From the NCBI RefSeq assembly GCF_009914755.1, contig NC_060936.1: 64,000 bases of DNA; one strand, given 5' to 3'. Within the stretch, counting starts at the first letter, position 1, and every line of letters starts with the position of its first letter. Positions 1 through 16,254 of the stretch are shown here, in pieces. Under the pieces are notes generated by a model. The model saw only the letters and a list, made by a program, of their open reading frames with translations. It searched no databases and was not told the origin of the DNA. The stretch comes from the human T2T-CHM13v2.0 reference genome, Homo sapiens. Position numbers and translations under genes: made by a program.

Positions 1-299
1 TATGAAACACATTTCCTTCACAAACAACCATACTCTTAACAATATACAAGACAAGGAAACTGGTCCTTATCTTTAGGAACACTCTATATGAAATCACCTT
101 TGCAAAAATTATGACAGTGAGAGAAATCTTACATAGCTGACTCCATCCTGCTTCTAACCTTACAAGGTGTCTTTATTCATTCCCGGTGTAGGCCAAGCTA
201 ACTATGGGAGCTAAATATATATCCCTAAATGCAGAGGATATTTAAAAAGAAAAGCTGAAAATTATAGTCTAACTTTAGAGACACACGCACAGAGAGAGA

Positions 300-1058
300 G
301 AGAGAGGCTTGCTCTGTCACCCAGGCTTGAGTACTGTGGCACAATCACTGCTCACTGCAGCCTTGACCTCCCGGGCTCAAGTAGTCCTCCCACCTCAGCC
401 TCCTGAGTAGCTGGGACCACAAATGCGTGCCATCATACCCAACTAATTTTTTTTATTTTTTGTAGAGACGAGGGCTCACTGTGTTACCCAAGCTGGGCTC
501 AAACTCCTGGGCTCAAGAGATCTTCCTGCCTCAGTGATAGTGGATGGTTTTGTTATTAGGCATACAAACATCAGAACTCTTTCTGACAACTTTCACACCA
601 CTAAACTTCTTTTAAGTTTCCCCATGGAAAAAAAAAAAAAAAAACATCACCAGGGCCAAGCATAGTGGCTCATGCCTGTAATCCCAGCACTTGGGAGGCT
701 GAGGCGGGCAGATCACTTGAGGTCAGGAGTTCAAGACCAGCCTGGCCAACATGGTGAAACCTCATCTCTACTAAAAATACAAAAATTAGTCGGGTGTGGT
801 GGTGTGTACCTGTAATCCCAGCTACTCAGGAGACTGAGGCAGGAGAATCACTTGAACCCGGAGGCGGAGGTTTCACTGAGCCAAGATCACACCACTGCAC
901 TCCAGATTGGGTGACAAAGCAAGACTCCGCTTAAAAAAAAAAAAAATCACCAAAATTCTAGAGGAGCTGCTCCCAGAACCTATACAAAGCAAGAGAATCC
1001 AAGCAGCAGATATAATCCCAAAGTGCTGGGATTACAGGTGTGAGCATCACACCTGGCC
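300..1058 (-). mobile_element. AluJ, split into 300-534 and 1016-1058 by an insertion
   Basis: Antisense Alu breaks after CCTGCCTCAG and resumes at CCCAAAGTGCTGGG. Flanking TSD-like TATAGTCTAACTTT / TATGGTTTAACTTT. Confidence 0.8.
653..946 (+). mobile_element. AluS
   Basis: Full dimer with A-tail; TSD ..ATCACCA on both sides. Confidence 0.9.
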
Positions 1059-3184
1059 TATGGTTTAACTTTAAAGCAAAGATGATAACAACCCCTTCCC
1101 AAAACTAACCCACTCCTTGCTTGGGGACCGAAACCACCTGTATAAAACTAACAAACTGGCTGCAAGGTTAGAATTATGGTTCAGGAGTCATGTAGCTGGA
1201 GGTCACAAGATGTAACCTCCCCAATTGCTCCAATAGGTAACATCATTAAAACTGGTGTTTGAGGTATTTTTCAGACCTTGCATTCTAATGGACCAGCTGG
1301 AACCACCCAAACTGGTAACCTATACCAAGAAACTGACTCAACTAGTCCTGTGACCTCCACCCAGGAACTAACTCAGTGCAAGGAGACAGCTTCAACCCCC
1401 TGTGATTTCACCCCTGACTCAACCAACAAGCCTTCTCCATTCCCTAACCCCCTGCCTACCAAACTATCCCTGAAAATCCCTCCCCTCTAAATTCTCAGGG
1501 AGGCAGATTTGAGAATTATCTCTTGTCCTTCTCACTTGGCTGGCTCTGGGATTATTAACCTCTTTGATGCAACACCTGTTGTTCTCAGTGCATTGACTTT
1601 TCTAGGCAAAAAGAGATCATCAGGCTGTAGCATGCATATAGGTTTTTCCTAACTGATGCAAATGCACCCTTCTAATAATGGTTAAAGACTTCTTTGCTTA
1701 ATCCACCAATAAAATAATTTGACAATTTATGTAATCTAAATGAATTCCTATAAATGTGAACCTCCTCACCCCTCTCAGGTGACACAGCCTCTAACTGCTA
1801 CCTGGGCTACAACCCTCATTTTAGAGTAAATGCTTATTTGCCTCTGACCTGTTGATTCCTCTTTTTTTTTTTTAAGGGGTAATGAAATATTCAGAATAAC
1901 ACAGCAGTTAAAACAGGATATATAAGAAAATATATAGTCCTAAATGCAGAGGATCCTAAAAAAGAAACTCTGAAAGTTAATGAGCTAAGTACCCATCTCA
2001 ATAAATTTTTAAAAAGAAGAAAATGAACTCAAGTATGAAGACGAAGGAACTAATAAAAAAGCAGAAAATAATGAGAATAGAAAACAGGTATAGATTTTTT
2101 TCCTACAGGAGGGAGGACAAGATGGCCAACTAGATGCAGCCAAGAAGTGCTGCTCCCACCAAGAGAGACCTAATTATCAAGTAAACCACCGTAATTTGGA
2201 CAGATCTCTGGAGAGAAAAAGCCAAGAGTGGATGGAGAGGCAGCATTGATGCCAAGACTGAAGAGGAAGGAAGCTGGGAACCCTGCACAGGGGACCGGAA
2301 TGCTAGGGCTAGTTCCACCCGGAAGGGCTCCTGGGAAAGAGGTGAGTGAGGAACAGCTCACTCTTGCCGTGGACATCTGGGATCCTAGCTACAGGGGACC
2401 TTGCATCACCCATGGACGTGTGATCTCCCTAGGGAACAGGAAGAGATAGGCCTTCAGATAGTGTGGAGCCTGGGAATTTTTGTGTGCTGGGCGGCTCCAG
2501 CAAAGAGCAGCCATAGACACCCATCTCCTAGGGCTCCCCATCCCCCTCCAGGAGACACTGGCTCCCACTGACTTCTAGCCTAGAAAGGATAGGGTCAGCT
2601 TCCCCATAGGAGTGGGGCAAGTCTGTTCCACAAGCCCTCCTGCCCTCCAGCCCCTCCCAGGGCCCATGCCCAGCTGCCCCAGAGGGGTGGGTACACAGTG
2701 CAGCCGCCACAGCCCAGCCTCAATGCATTGTTCCACCTGAGTACATTGCTGGCAAACCAGGAGCACATCGGACCTTTCAGCGCAGCCAGAATCCAACCCT
2801 AAGTCGTGGGACGTCAGGTGCTTCCAGAGCAGCTCGAGAATACAAAGCCAAGATCTGTGGCCCAAAATGGAGTGAGGTAGGAGCCCCCACTCTCAGTGCA
2901 CTGAGACGGGCAAGACGCATAGGTTCCAGGGCTGGGTGGGAGCAGGATGTACCTCCCTCCACAAGGCCGGTCCAGAAGGGGTGTAACATATCTCCCTATC
3001 ACAGGCTCTGGCCAAGGGGGCCCCCGTGACCCAAAACACCTAACAAAATAAACATGAGTGCTGTACTGGTAATCAGAGGGAACTCCCCCACGGCCCAGGA
3101 GCGGACCTGGTGAGGGGGCCGTCACTTCCTGCCAACCACACAGAGCAGGCCTGCAAACGTGAGGAGGTACAAAACTCATGTGCT

Positions 3185-3502
<318 letters not shown>

Positions 3503-6080
3503 ATGTGCCTGGGTATTAGCCTAGCTACTGGCCATTACTCTTAGGCGTCATCCACCGGATTGCAGCCCAAACTACGACAAGAAAAATTATCCTTCCAATA
3601 TCTACCTGTGAAACCAAGCCCAAGAATTCACCCACACATAAAGATCCTGTACAGTGCCCTGGCCTTCTGGAAGCATCCAGAAATGAAACCAACTAAATAT
3701 ACTCAATTTATGCCACAATTAAAGGAACATCAACCCTCCCATATGAAAAAAAAATCAGAGCAAGAACTCTAGCAATTCAAAAAGCCAGAGTATCCCCTTA
3801 CCTCCAAATGAGTCCAATAACTCCCCAGCAATGGTTCTTAAGCAGTCTGAAATAACTGAAATGACAAACACAGAAACATAGAATTCAGAATCTGGATGGC
3901 AAGGAAGCTCATCAAGATTCAGGAGAAAGTTGAAACCCAATCCAAGGAATCCAGTAAAGCAATCCAAGAGGTAAAAATGAAATAGCTATTTTAAGAAAGG
4001 ATCAAACTGAACTTCTAGAGCTGAAAAATTCACTACAATAATTTCATAATATAATGAAAAGTAGTAACAGCAGAATAGACCAAGCTGGAGAAAGAATTTC
4101 AGAGCTCAAAGACCAATTCCTTGAATCAACTAAGTAAGACAAAAATAAGAAAAAAGAATTAAGAAAAGTGAACAAAACCTCTGAGAAATATGGGATTATG
4201 TAAAGAGACCAAATCTCTCACTCATTGGCATTCCTGAGAGAGGAAAGAGAATAAGCAACTTGGAAAGTATATTTGAGGATACAGTCCATGAAAATTTCCC
4301 TAATCTTGATAGAGAAGTTGATGTGCAAGTCCAAGAAACACAGAGAACCCCAGATAGATACTATAAAAAATGGCAATCCCCAAGGTACATAGTCATCAGA
4401 TTCGCCAAGGTCAACACAAAAGAAAAAATTTTAAAGGCAGCTAGAGAGAAGAGTCAAGTCACATACAGAGGGAATCCCATCAGGCTAGCAGCAGACTTCC
4501 CAGTAGAAACCCTACATGCCAGAAGAGAATGGGGGCCTATTTTCAGCATTGTTAAAGAAAAGAAATTCCAACCAAGAATTTCATATCTCGCCAAACTGAG
4601 CTTCATACATGAAAGAAAAATAAAATCCTTCTCAGACAAGTAAATGCTAAGAAAATTTGTTTCAACTAGCTAGATTAACAAAGAAAAATAAAAGAGAAGA
4701 TCCAAATAAGTATAATCAGAAATGACAAAGATGACATTTTACAACTGATGCCACAGAAACACAAAAGATCCTCAGATAATACTATGAACAACTCTATGCA
4801 CATAAATTAGAAAATCTAAAAGAATGGATAAATTCCTGGAAACACACAGCCTCCCAGGATTAAGTCAGGAAGAGACTGAAACCCTGAACAGACCAATATC
4901 AAGCTCTGAAATTGAATCAGTAATAAAAAAAAAAAACCTACCAACCAAAAAATTCCCTGGACCAGATGGATTCACAGACGAATTCTACCAGATATATAAA
5001 GAAGAACTGGTACCAATACTACTGAAACTATTCCAAAAAATCAAGGAAGAGAGACTTCTCCCTAACTCATTCTTTGAAGCCACCAACAGCATAATACCAA
5101 AATCTGGCAGTGATACAACAAAAAAAGAAAACATCAGGCCAATGTCTCTGATGAAAATAGATTCGAAAATCATTAACAAAATACTAGCAAACTGAATCCA
5201 GCTGCACATCAAAGAGTTAATTCACCACAATGGTGAGTTTTAACTAAACCAATGTGGTTTAGTTAAAGCCACAACCAAGCAGGCTTTATTCCTGAGATGC
5301 AAGGTTGATCCAACATACATAAATAAATAAATGTTATTAATCACATAAACATAATTAAAAGCAAAACTATATGATCAACTCAATAGACACAGAAAAATCT
5401 TTCAATAAAATCCAACATCACTTCATGATAGAAAAAAAAAAACCCTCAGCAGACTAGGCATCAAAGGAACATACCCCAAAATAGTAAGAGCCATCTATGA
5501 CAAACCCACAGCCAACATCATGCTGAACAGGTAGAAGCTGGAACCATTCCCCTGAGAACTGGAACAGAATGAGGATGCCTACTCTCACTACTCCTATTCA
5601 ACATAGTACTGGAAGTCCTAGCCAGAGCAACAGGCAAGAGAAAGAAATAAAAGACATCCCAATTGGAAAAGAAGTCAAACTATCTCTCTTTGCTGACGAT
5701 TGAGTCTATCTTTAGAAAATCCTAGAGACTCTACCAAAAGGTTCCTGGAAATGACAGACAATTTTAGCGAGGTTTCAGGATACAAAACCAATGTACAAAA
5801 ATCAGTAGCATTTCTGTACACCAATAATGCCCAGGCTGAGAGTTAAATCAAGAACACAATCCCATTTACAATAGCCACAAAGAAAGTTAAATACCTTGGA
5901 ATATGGCTAACCAAGGAGGTGAAAGACTTCTGCAAGAAGACTACAAAACACTGCTAGAAGATATCAGAGACAGCACAAAAAAACATTCCGTGCTCACGGA
6001 TTGGAAGAATCAATATCGTGAAAATGACCATACTGCCCAAAGCAATTTACAGATTGAAGGCTATTTCTATCAAACTACTA

Positions 6081-6470
<390 letters not shown>

Positions 6471-7960
6471 TCAAAGCAATGCTAAGCAAAAAGAGTAAAG
6501 CTGGAGACATCACTGTACTCAACTTCAGCCTATACAATAAGGCTACAGCAACCAAAACAGCACTGTACTAATACAAAACAGATACATAAACAAATGGAAC
6601 AGAAAAGAGAACTCAAAAATACAACTGCACACCTACAACCATCTTTTCTTCAACAAGGTTAACAAAAACAAGCCAAGGAGAAAGGAGTCACTCTTCAATA
6701 AATGGTGGTGAGATAACTGGCTAGCAGTATGCAGAAGAATGAAACCAGACCCTTACTTTTCACAATATATAAAAATTAACTCAAATGGATTAAAAATTTT
6801 AATGTAAGACCTTAGACTGTAAAAATCCTAAAAGAAAACCTAAGAGATACCATTTGTGGCACTGGCCTTGGAAAACAATTTTTGGCTGAGTTCCCAAAAA
6901 CAATTGCCACAAAACCAAAAATTGACAAGTGGAACCTAATTAAACTAAAGAGCTTCTTCACAGCAAAAGAAACTATCAACAGATTAAACAGACAGCCTAC
7001 AGAATAGCAGAGAATTTTTGCAAACTATGCACCTGACAAAGGTCTAATATCCTGCAGCTATAAGAAACTTAAATAAATTTACAAGAAAAAAACAAATAAC
7101 CCCATTAAAAAGTGGGCAAAGGACATGAACAGACACTTCTCGAAAGAAGACATACAAGCAGGCAACAAACATGACAAAATGCTCATCATCACTAATCATC
7201 AAATAAATGCAAATCAAAACCAAAATGAGATACCATCTCACACCAGTCAGAATGCCTATTAATAAAAAGCCAAAAAAAATAACAGATGCTGGTGAGTTTG
7301 CAGAGAAAAAGGAATGCTTAAACACTGTTGGGAGTGTAAATTATTTCAACCATTATGGAAGACAGTGTGGCGATTCCTCAAAGACCTACAGACAGAAATA
7401 CCATTCAACCCAGCAATCCCATTACTGGGTATATTACCCAAAGGAATATAAATTGTTCTGTCATAGAGACACATGCACGTGTATGTTCACTGTAGCACTA
7501 TTCACAGCAGCAAAGACATGGAATCAACCTAAATTCCCACAATGATAGACTGGATAAAGAAAATGTGGTACATATTCACCATGGAGTACCATGCAGCCAT
7601 AAAAACAAATGAAATCATGTCCTTTGCAGGGTCATGGATGGAGCTGGAGGCCATTATCCTTAGCAAACTAATGCAGGAACAGAAAACAAAATATCATATG
7701 TTCTCATTCATAAGTAGATGCTAAATAATGAAAACACATGGCCACATAGAGAAGAACAACACACACTGGGGCCTATTGGAGGGTGAAGGGTGGAGGGTGG
7801 AGGGTGGGAGGAGGTAGAGGATCAGAAAAAATAACTAATGATTACTACACTTAATATCTGGGTGGTGAAATAAGCTGTACAACAAACCTCCATGACACAA
7901 GTTTACCTATACAACAAACCTGCACGCGTAGCCCTGAACTTAAAGGTTAAAAAGAAACCA

Positions 7961-8262
7961 GGGCCAGGCATGGTGGCATGTACCTGTAATCCCAGCACTT
8001 AGGGAGGCCGAGGCAGGCAGATCATCTGAGGTCAGGGGTTCGAGACCAGCCTGGCCGACATAGCGAAACCCTGTCTCCACTAAAAATACAAAAATTAGCC
8101 AGGCATTGTGGCTTTCACCTCTAATCCCAGCTACTCAGGAGACTGGGGCAGGAGAATCACTTGAACCTGGGAGACGGAGTTTGAAGTAAGCCAAGATCAT
8201 GCTGTTGCACTCCAGACTGGGCGACAGAGCAAGACTATGTCTCAAAAAAAAAAAAGAAAAGA
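7961..8262 (+). mobile_element. AluS in L1 tail
   Basis: Full dimer; TSD AAAAGAAACCAG. Confidence 0.9.
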
Positions 8263-9009
8263 AACCAGAATAGTCTTATAAACATTAAATAAATTCAGCT
8301 AGTAATTAAAATCCTTCTTCAAAATAAATTCCAGTAAATTCTATTATATCAAATAATTAAGAAATGAATAGTTTTAGTATTATATAAAATATCCAACAAA
8401 AAAAGAAAAAGGTTGATTTTCAAACCCTTTTTATGAGATTAGCCTAGCAATGATACCATGATCTCAGGACATTTCAAAGGCTATAAGAAAAAATGGAAAC
8501 CACAGGTCAATCTCATTAGTGAACATTATTACAAAAGTCCTAAATTAAAAACTAACAAACCAAATCCATCAATAAATGAAAAGAGTAACATGTAATGACA
8601 CTGTTGGATTTGCTCCAGAAATGCAATCTTTATTTAACATAGTGTGATATTGTGGTAAAATAAGAAATATATATATATTTGGTCTCAGTCTCTTTTTTTA
8701 TTTTTTGGTCTCAGTCTCCAGTTGCTGGCTCACAGCTCCTAAAATCCTTGGAATCTCTGGAGTTATAAGTGTATCTTTTGTATGCTAACAAGGCATGATT
8801 AGAGAGTTGGGACTTTCAACCCCACCCCCCAACCTCCAGGGAGGGGAGAGGAACTGAAGAATGAGTTGATCACCAATGTTTGTACAGAGGCTTCATTAGT
8901 AGTCACGAATGATTACATCATAATATACAGTTATGCCTATGTAACAAAGGTAATGAAGCCTCCATAAAACCCAAAAGGAAATATTCAGAGATTCCAGGTT
9001 GGTGAACGA

Positions 9010-9764
9010 TGAGGACTAAGTTCTGATTTTTTAATCTTGCCCACATTTCTACCTAAGGAGTCTAGGGAATCATGTCCTACAAACTATAAATTCTCATCAG
9101 ATGGGTTTTATTTGACCCTATATATTGTGACTTACTTTTCAGTCTGACTCTGGCATAACATTATGAGACAAGGAAAAAATATTTAACCCCAAAATATATT
9201 TCCTTGCCATACCTTGAAATTGCCCTGCAAAGTTTCTTGTGGGAAAAATCCACATTCTATAGAGAATCCCCTTTCCCCTTTGTTTTTCTTCCTTCCTTTC
9301 CAGATCCAGGAGATAATCAACTAAGAGCCAGGCACCCTTTTAAGTCCCAACATTTTACAACCTGCTCTCTCTGAAGTCCGCTGAGAGCTTCCTCTGTAAA
9401 ATAAAACTTGGTCTCCACAATTATTTATCTTAACCTGAACATTTCCTTTGATCCCAGGTCTTCAGATAAACTCAACCAATTGTCAATCAGAAAATGTTTA
9501 AATTTACCTATAGCCTGGAAGCCCCCTCCACCCTGCCCTCTTTGAGTTGTCCCACTTTTCTGAACTAAAACAATAATTTCTTAAATGTATTTGATTGATG
9601 TCTCATGCCTCCCTAAAATATATAAAACCAAGCTGTACCCCGACAACCTTGGGTACATGTTCTCAGGACCCCCTGAGGGCTGTGTCACAGGCCATGGTCA
9701 CTCATATTCGGCTCAGAATAAATCTCTTAAAATATTTTACAGAGTTTGACTCTTTTCATCAACA
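9010..9764 (+). mobile_element. MER4D-type solo LTR
   Basis: TGAGGACTAAGTTCTGATTTT.. start; ..GAATAAATCTCTTAAAATATTTTACAGAGTTTGACTCTTTTCATCAACA end. Confidence 0.8.
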
Positions 9765-10015
9765 ACAAGAACACATCCACTTGCTGAGTGAGTGGCACCC
9801 CCCAACTCCACTGGACAGAAGCTCCTGCACTTGCGACTCTTCCATGACTCAACCTACGTATCTCCTCATCTGGTTACTCATTTGTATCCTTTAAAATATC
9901 CCTTGTAATAAATGGCCAAATGAAAGTAAAATGTTTCCCTGAGTTCTGAGCTGCTCTAGCAAATTAATAAAAAACTAGGAGGGGGTTGTGGGAGCCCCCA
10001 ATTTATGGCCAGTCA

Positions 10016-10532
10016 TGTAACCACAGGACCATCCAAATGGCCCTACTTTATTGATAACAAAATGTCAAGTTGCCTTGTATGTATAACAGCCAAAACCGTG
10101 AATCGTGTAGTCTGGGCATATGGAATAGAAAAGCTTTGACATCTAACAACACTCAGAACCAATGTTTCCTCCCCATGGAACCAAGAACACCAGAGCATTA
10201 CCAGAACTTGAATACTGGAACCCTTTCAGAAGTGAGGGGTCTGTTGGCCAGGAATATCCAGACCTAAAATCCACCTAAACATACCTTATCATAAATGGTC
10301 AAATTTGAAGCCCTGCAATCAGACCCTGCCAAGCCAACATTCCTCATACTTTTCCTTTGCCCTCCAACCACTTAGGACTTTCCCCAGTCCCCAAATCAAG
10401 GACACAAATTTGAGCTGCACTTCCTATCTCCTTGCTGGTTGGCCTTCAATAAAGCCTTTCTTTTCTCAAAAGCTGGTGTTATAGCATCGGCTTCTATGCA
10501 TGTCAGAAAACGAGCCTGTTCACTTAGTAACA
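10016..10532 (+). mobile_element. Solo ERV1 LTR (MER67-like)
   Basis: TG...CA termini, AATAAA at ~10448, perfect 4-bp TSD GTCA. Confidence 0.75.
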
Positions 10533-10670
10533 GTCAAAAGTATAGATGACAACCTATTACATATGATTAGCATCTGAAGGAGATGGGGAGTCTCATGGGA
10601 CTGTACCCTCAACCAGTGGGATCATGATGCCACCTCTGGGTAGAGCATGTCAGAATTGAGGTAAGTTAGA

Positions 10671-11243
<573 letters not shown>

Positions 11244-11244
11244 G

Positions 11245-13520
<2,276 letters not shown>

Positions 13521-14014
13521 GGCTATACTCCATTAAGTGGCCTGAGAATTTGGGGGCCCATGTGGGATTCCCATTCTCCTCTGGGGAAGGGTCTCTGGTC
13601 CCTCTCATAAGGAGACACACCCCGCTGCCTTGTTGCAGTGGCCGCTGGGGCTAGGGATTGAGACCCACCTGGTGTGATGAATAAACCTGGACTCTCAGGA
13701 ACACAGAAGGAAAAGGCCTACAGATACCACGGTGACCAGGTAACTGTGCACAGACCAATGTGAAAAAAGCTGTGGGGGCGGTGAAGTATTTCCTTGGTGG
13801 TCAGGATATCCTTGAGGTTGAAAGTGTGTGAATGAGAGGCACAACTGAGTGCGAAGCGAGTCCAGAGTCTGGATCTGTGGTTCCATGCTCTCCTCATATG
13901 ACTTATGGCGGTTTGCCTGTTGTGGGGTTTGTACTGACCCATCAGTGCTAAGAGGGACCTGAAAATTCCCGTGAGGGAAGTGGCCAGAGAAGGACAAAGC
14001 AAAAGCTGAAGAGT

Positions 14015-14190
14015 GTGAGAAATCTCCAGTGGGGGGGTTGAGTCTCTAGAGAAAGAGTGCAAGAAATCTCCAGTAATGGGAGTTGAGCCTCTAAGGAAAA
14101 GGGTGCAAGAAATCTCTAGCAAGAGAGGTTGAGCCCTGCAAACTCACTTGGGTGCAAGAAATCTCTAGTAAGTGAGGTTGAGCCCCACAG
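14015..14190 (+). repeat. Degenerate ~40-45 bp tandem repeat in the proviral leader
   Basis: About 4 units of GTGCAAGAAATCTC..AG..GGTTGAGCC. Confidence 0.7.
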
Positions 14191-14214
14191 ATTCAGAAAG
14201 ACACCTCCTCCAGG

Positions 14215-15537
14215 ATGGGAAATACACCAAGTAAGACAAAAGATAAGAAAGATTGTAAAAATAATGTACCCTCTGATAGTCCCCTAGGCTTAATGTTAGA
14301 ATATTGGAAGGATAATTAAAGGATCAAACACAAGAAAAATACAGCAAATGATAAAATACTGCTGTTTCATTTGGACCAGGAAAGCTATCCTTAAACACCC
14401 AGTTTTCTGGCCAAAATTTGGATCTGATGAAGACTGGTTCTGTCAACTTTTAATAGAATATGTCAATAACAAAAGTTCAGTCTCCCAAGAAGAGATAGAC
14501 TATGCCTTGTGCTGGTGACAGGGACCTGTCCTTCTCTACCCGAAGATAGACACAAGCCAGAGAATGCTTCCCCTAAGGAAGCTGAAACTCTTACCTGCAA
14601 GCAATCTACACCTTGGGACACACTAGACCATCTTCCCCCACCAAATCTCCCTAACTTTCCTCTCCCTCAAGCAGCTGCTACCCCAGACCCTTTCTCTACT
14701 CATGTTATTCCTCCCCTTTATAATCCTGAGTGCCATCCCTTCAGAGGACTTCAATGTGAGATAGAGCAGTGCAAAAAGGATATCCAAAATTTCCCTTTCC
14801 CCAGTACCTCCAAGGAGTCTGCTCCAACTCTCTTTCCCTTGAGGGAAGTACCCCTCAGAAGAGGAGGCATTGGTTTTGTAAATGCTCCATTAACTAGTTC
14901 AGAGATCTGAAACCTGAAAAAAGATCTTAAGCTGCTCTTGGATGACCCCCATGGAGTGGCCAATCAAGCTGATCAGTTTTTAGGACCCCAGTTATATACT
15001 TGGGCTGAGTTAATGTCCATCTTAGGTATCTTATTCTCAGGAGAAGAAAGCAGCATGATACACGGGGCCTCTATGACCATTTGGGACCATGAACACCCTC
15101 CCAGTCCAAACATCCCAGCAGCTGAACAAAAATTCCCAGCCCAAGATTTTCAATGGGATAACAACAATATAGCCCATTGAGGAAATACAAAAGATCTTAG
15201 AGAGATAATAATAAAAGGGATTCGAGAATCAGTACCCCATGCCCAAAATCTTACCAAGGCCTTTAATATACAATAGGGAAAAGATGAAGGACTGATAGAA
15301 TTCTTAGAAAGGCTCGAGGAGCAAATGAGAAAATACGCTGGCCTAGAATCAGAAGACCCCCTCGGACAGGGAATATTAAGGCTCTACTCTGTCACCAACA
15401 ACTGGCCAGACATTACAAAGAAATTACAAAAAATAGAAAACTGGAGGCCAGGCATGATTGGTCACTTTAAAAGACAATGTCCCCAATGGGAAAAAGAAGA
15501 GAAAGTCATCCCACTTATGGCTTTCAATGAAGACTAG
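14215..15537 (+). pseudogene. gag: HERV gag, disrupted
   Basis: ATGGGAAATACACCAAG (MGNTPS myristoylation-type start). Capsid peptides LFPLREVP..GIGFVNAPLTSSE, DQFLGPQLYTWAELMSIL; zinc-knuckle remnant GHFKRQCP. Multiple stops and frameshifts. Confidence 0.85.
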
Positions 15538-15539
15538 GG

Positions 15540-16252
15540 AAATCAGGGGCTCTATCTTTTTTATCTCGAGTCCCACAAAGAGCCCTTGATAAATTTAGAG
15601 GTGAGACCTAAACCTGAACTTGTTACCTTTTCAATCAATTCAGGAGCAGCTCGCTCCTCAGTTTGTTATATTCCATCCAGTATAACTTGTTCACAAGAAC
15701 TTTTTATCTCAGGGGTAAGAGGGGAAGGATTTAAAGCAAAAAATTTAGAGGAGACAAAACTTAAATATAAAAACCGATCAGCTAATATTAAATTTCTGTT
15801 AATTCCAGAAGCAGGGACAAGCCTATTAGGAAGAGATTTAATGCTAGAGTTGGGCTTACGTCTGCAAGTTAATCATGGAAAATTTATCCCCTCCCTAAAC
15901 TTACTCACCACCACAGATGAGGAACACATTCACCCAGAAGTATGGTCAAAAGACAGGAATCAAGGAAAGTTACAAATCTCTCTGATTCATGTTAAATTAA
16001 AAACCCCTGGGGAAGTAGTAAACAGAAAGCAATACCTATTCCCTTAGAAGCCAGGATAAATTTAAAACCTGTCATTGAAGGTCTTCTCCGTGATGGGCTT
16101 CTCGAACCTTGTATGTCCTCCTATAACACTCCAATACTGCCAGTAAAGAAGCCAGAAGGGTCATACTGGTTACCATGAGACCTTCAAGCTATTAATCAGA
16201 TAGTCCAAATTACACATCCTGTTATTTCCAACCCTTACACTATTATCAGTAG
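15540..16252 (+). pseudogene. pol: HERV protease plus N-terminal reverse transcriptase, truncated
   Basis: FSINSGAARS (active-site D appears as N), SLLGRDL, then RT motif SSYNTPILPVKK..Y; pol homology ends at ~16252. Confidence 0.85.
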
Positions 16253-16254
16253 GA

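Larger units (their letters stand above)
89..1632 (+). mobile_element. LTR8-family solo LTR (ERV1), interrupted by nested Alus
   Basis: Starts TGAAATCACCTTTGCAAAAATTATGACAGTGAGAG..GACTCCATC, matching the recalled LTR8 5' end. Resumes at ~1060 after the Alu block and ends ..GCTGTAGCA. Confidence 0.75.
8644..10670 (+). mobile_element. MER21-family LTR, interrupted by two younger LTRs
   Basis: TGTGATATTGTGGTAAAATAAGAAATATAT.. and CCCCCAACCTCCAGGGAGGGGAGAGG match recalled MER21. Pieces resume at ~9765 and ~10533. Confidence 0.7.
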
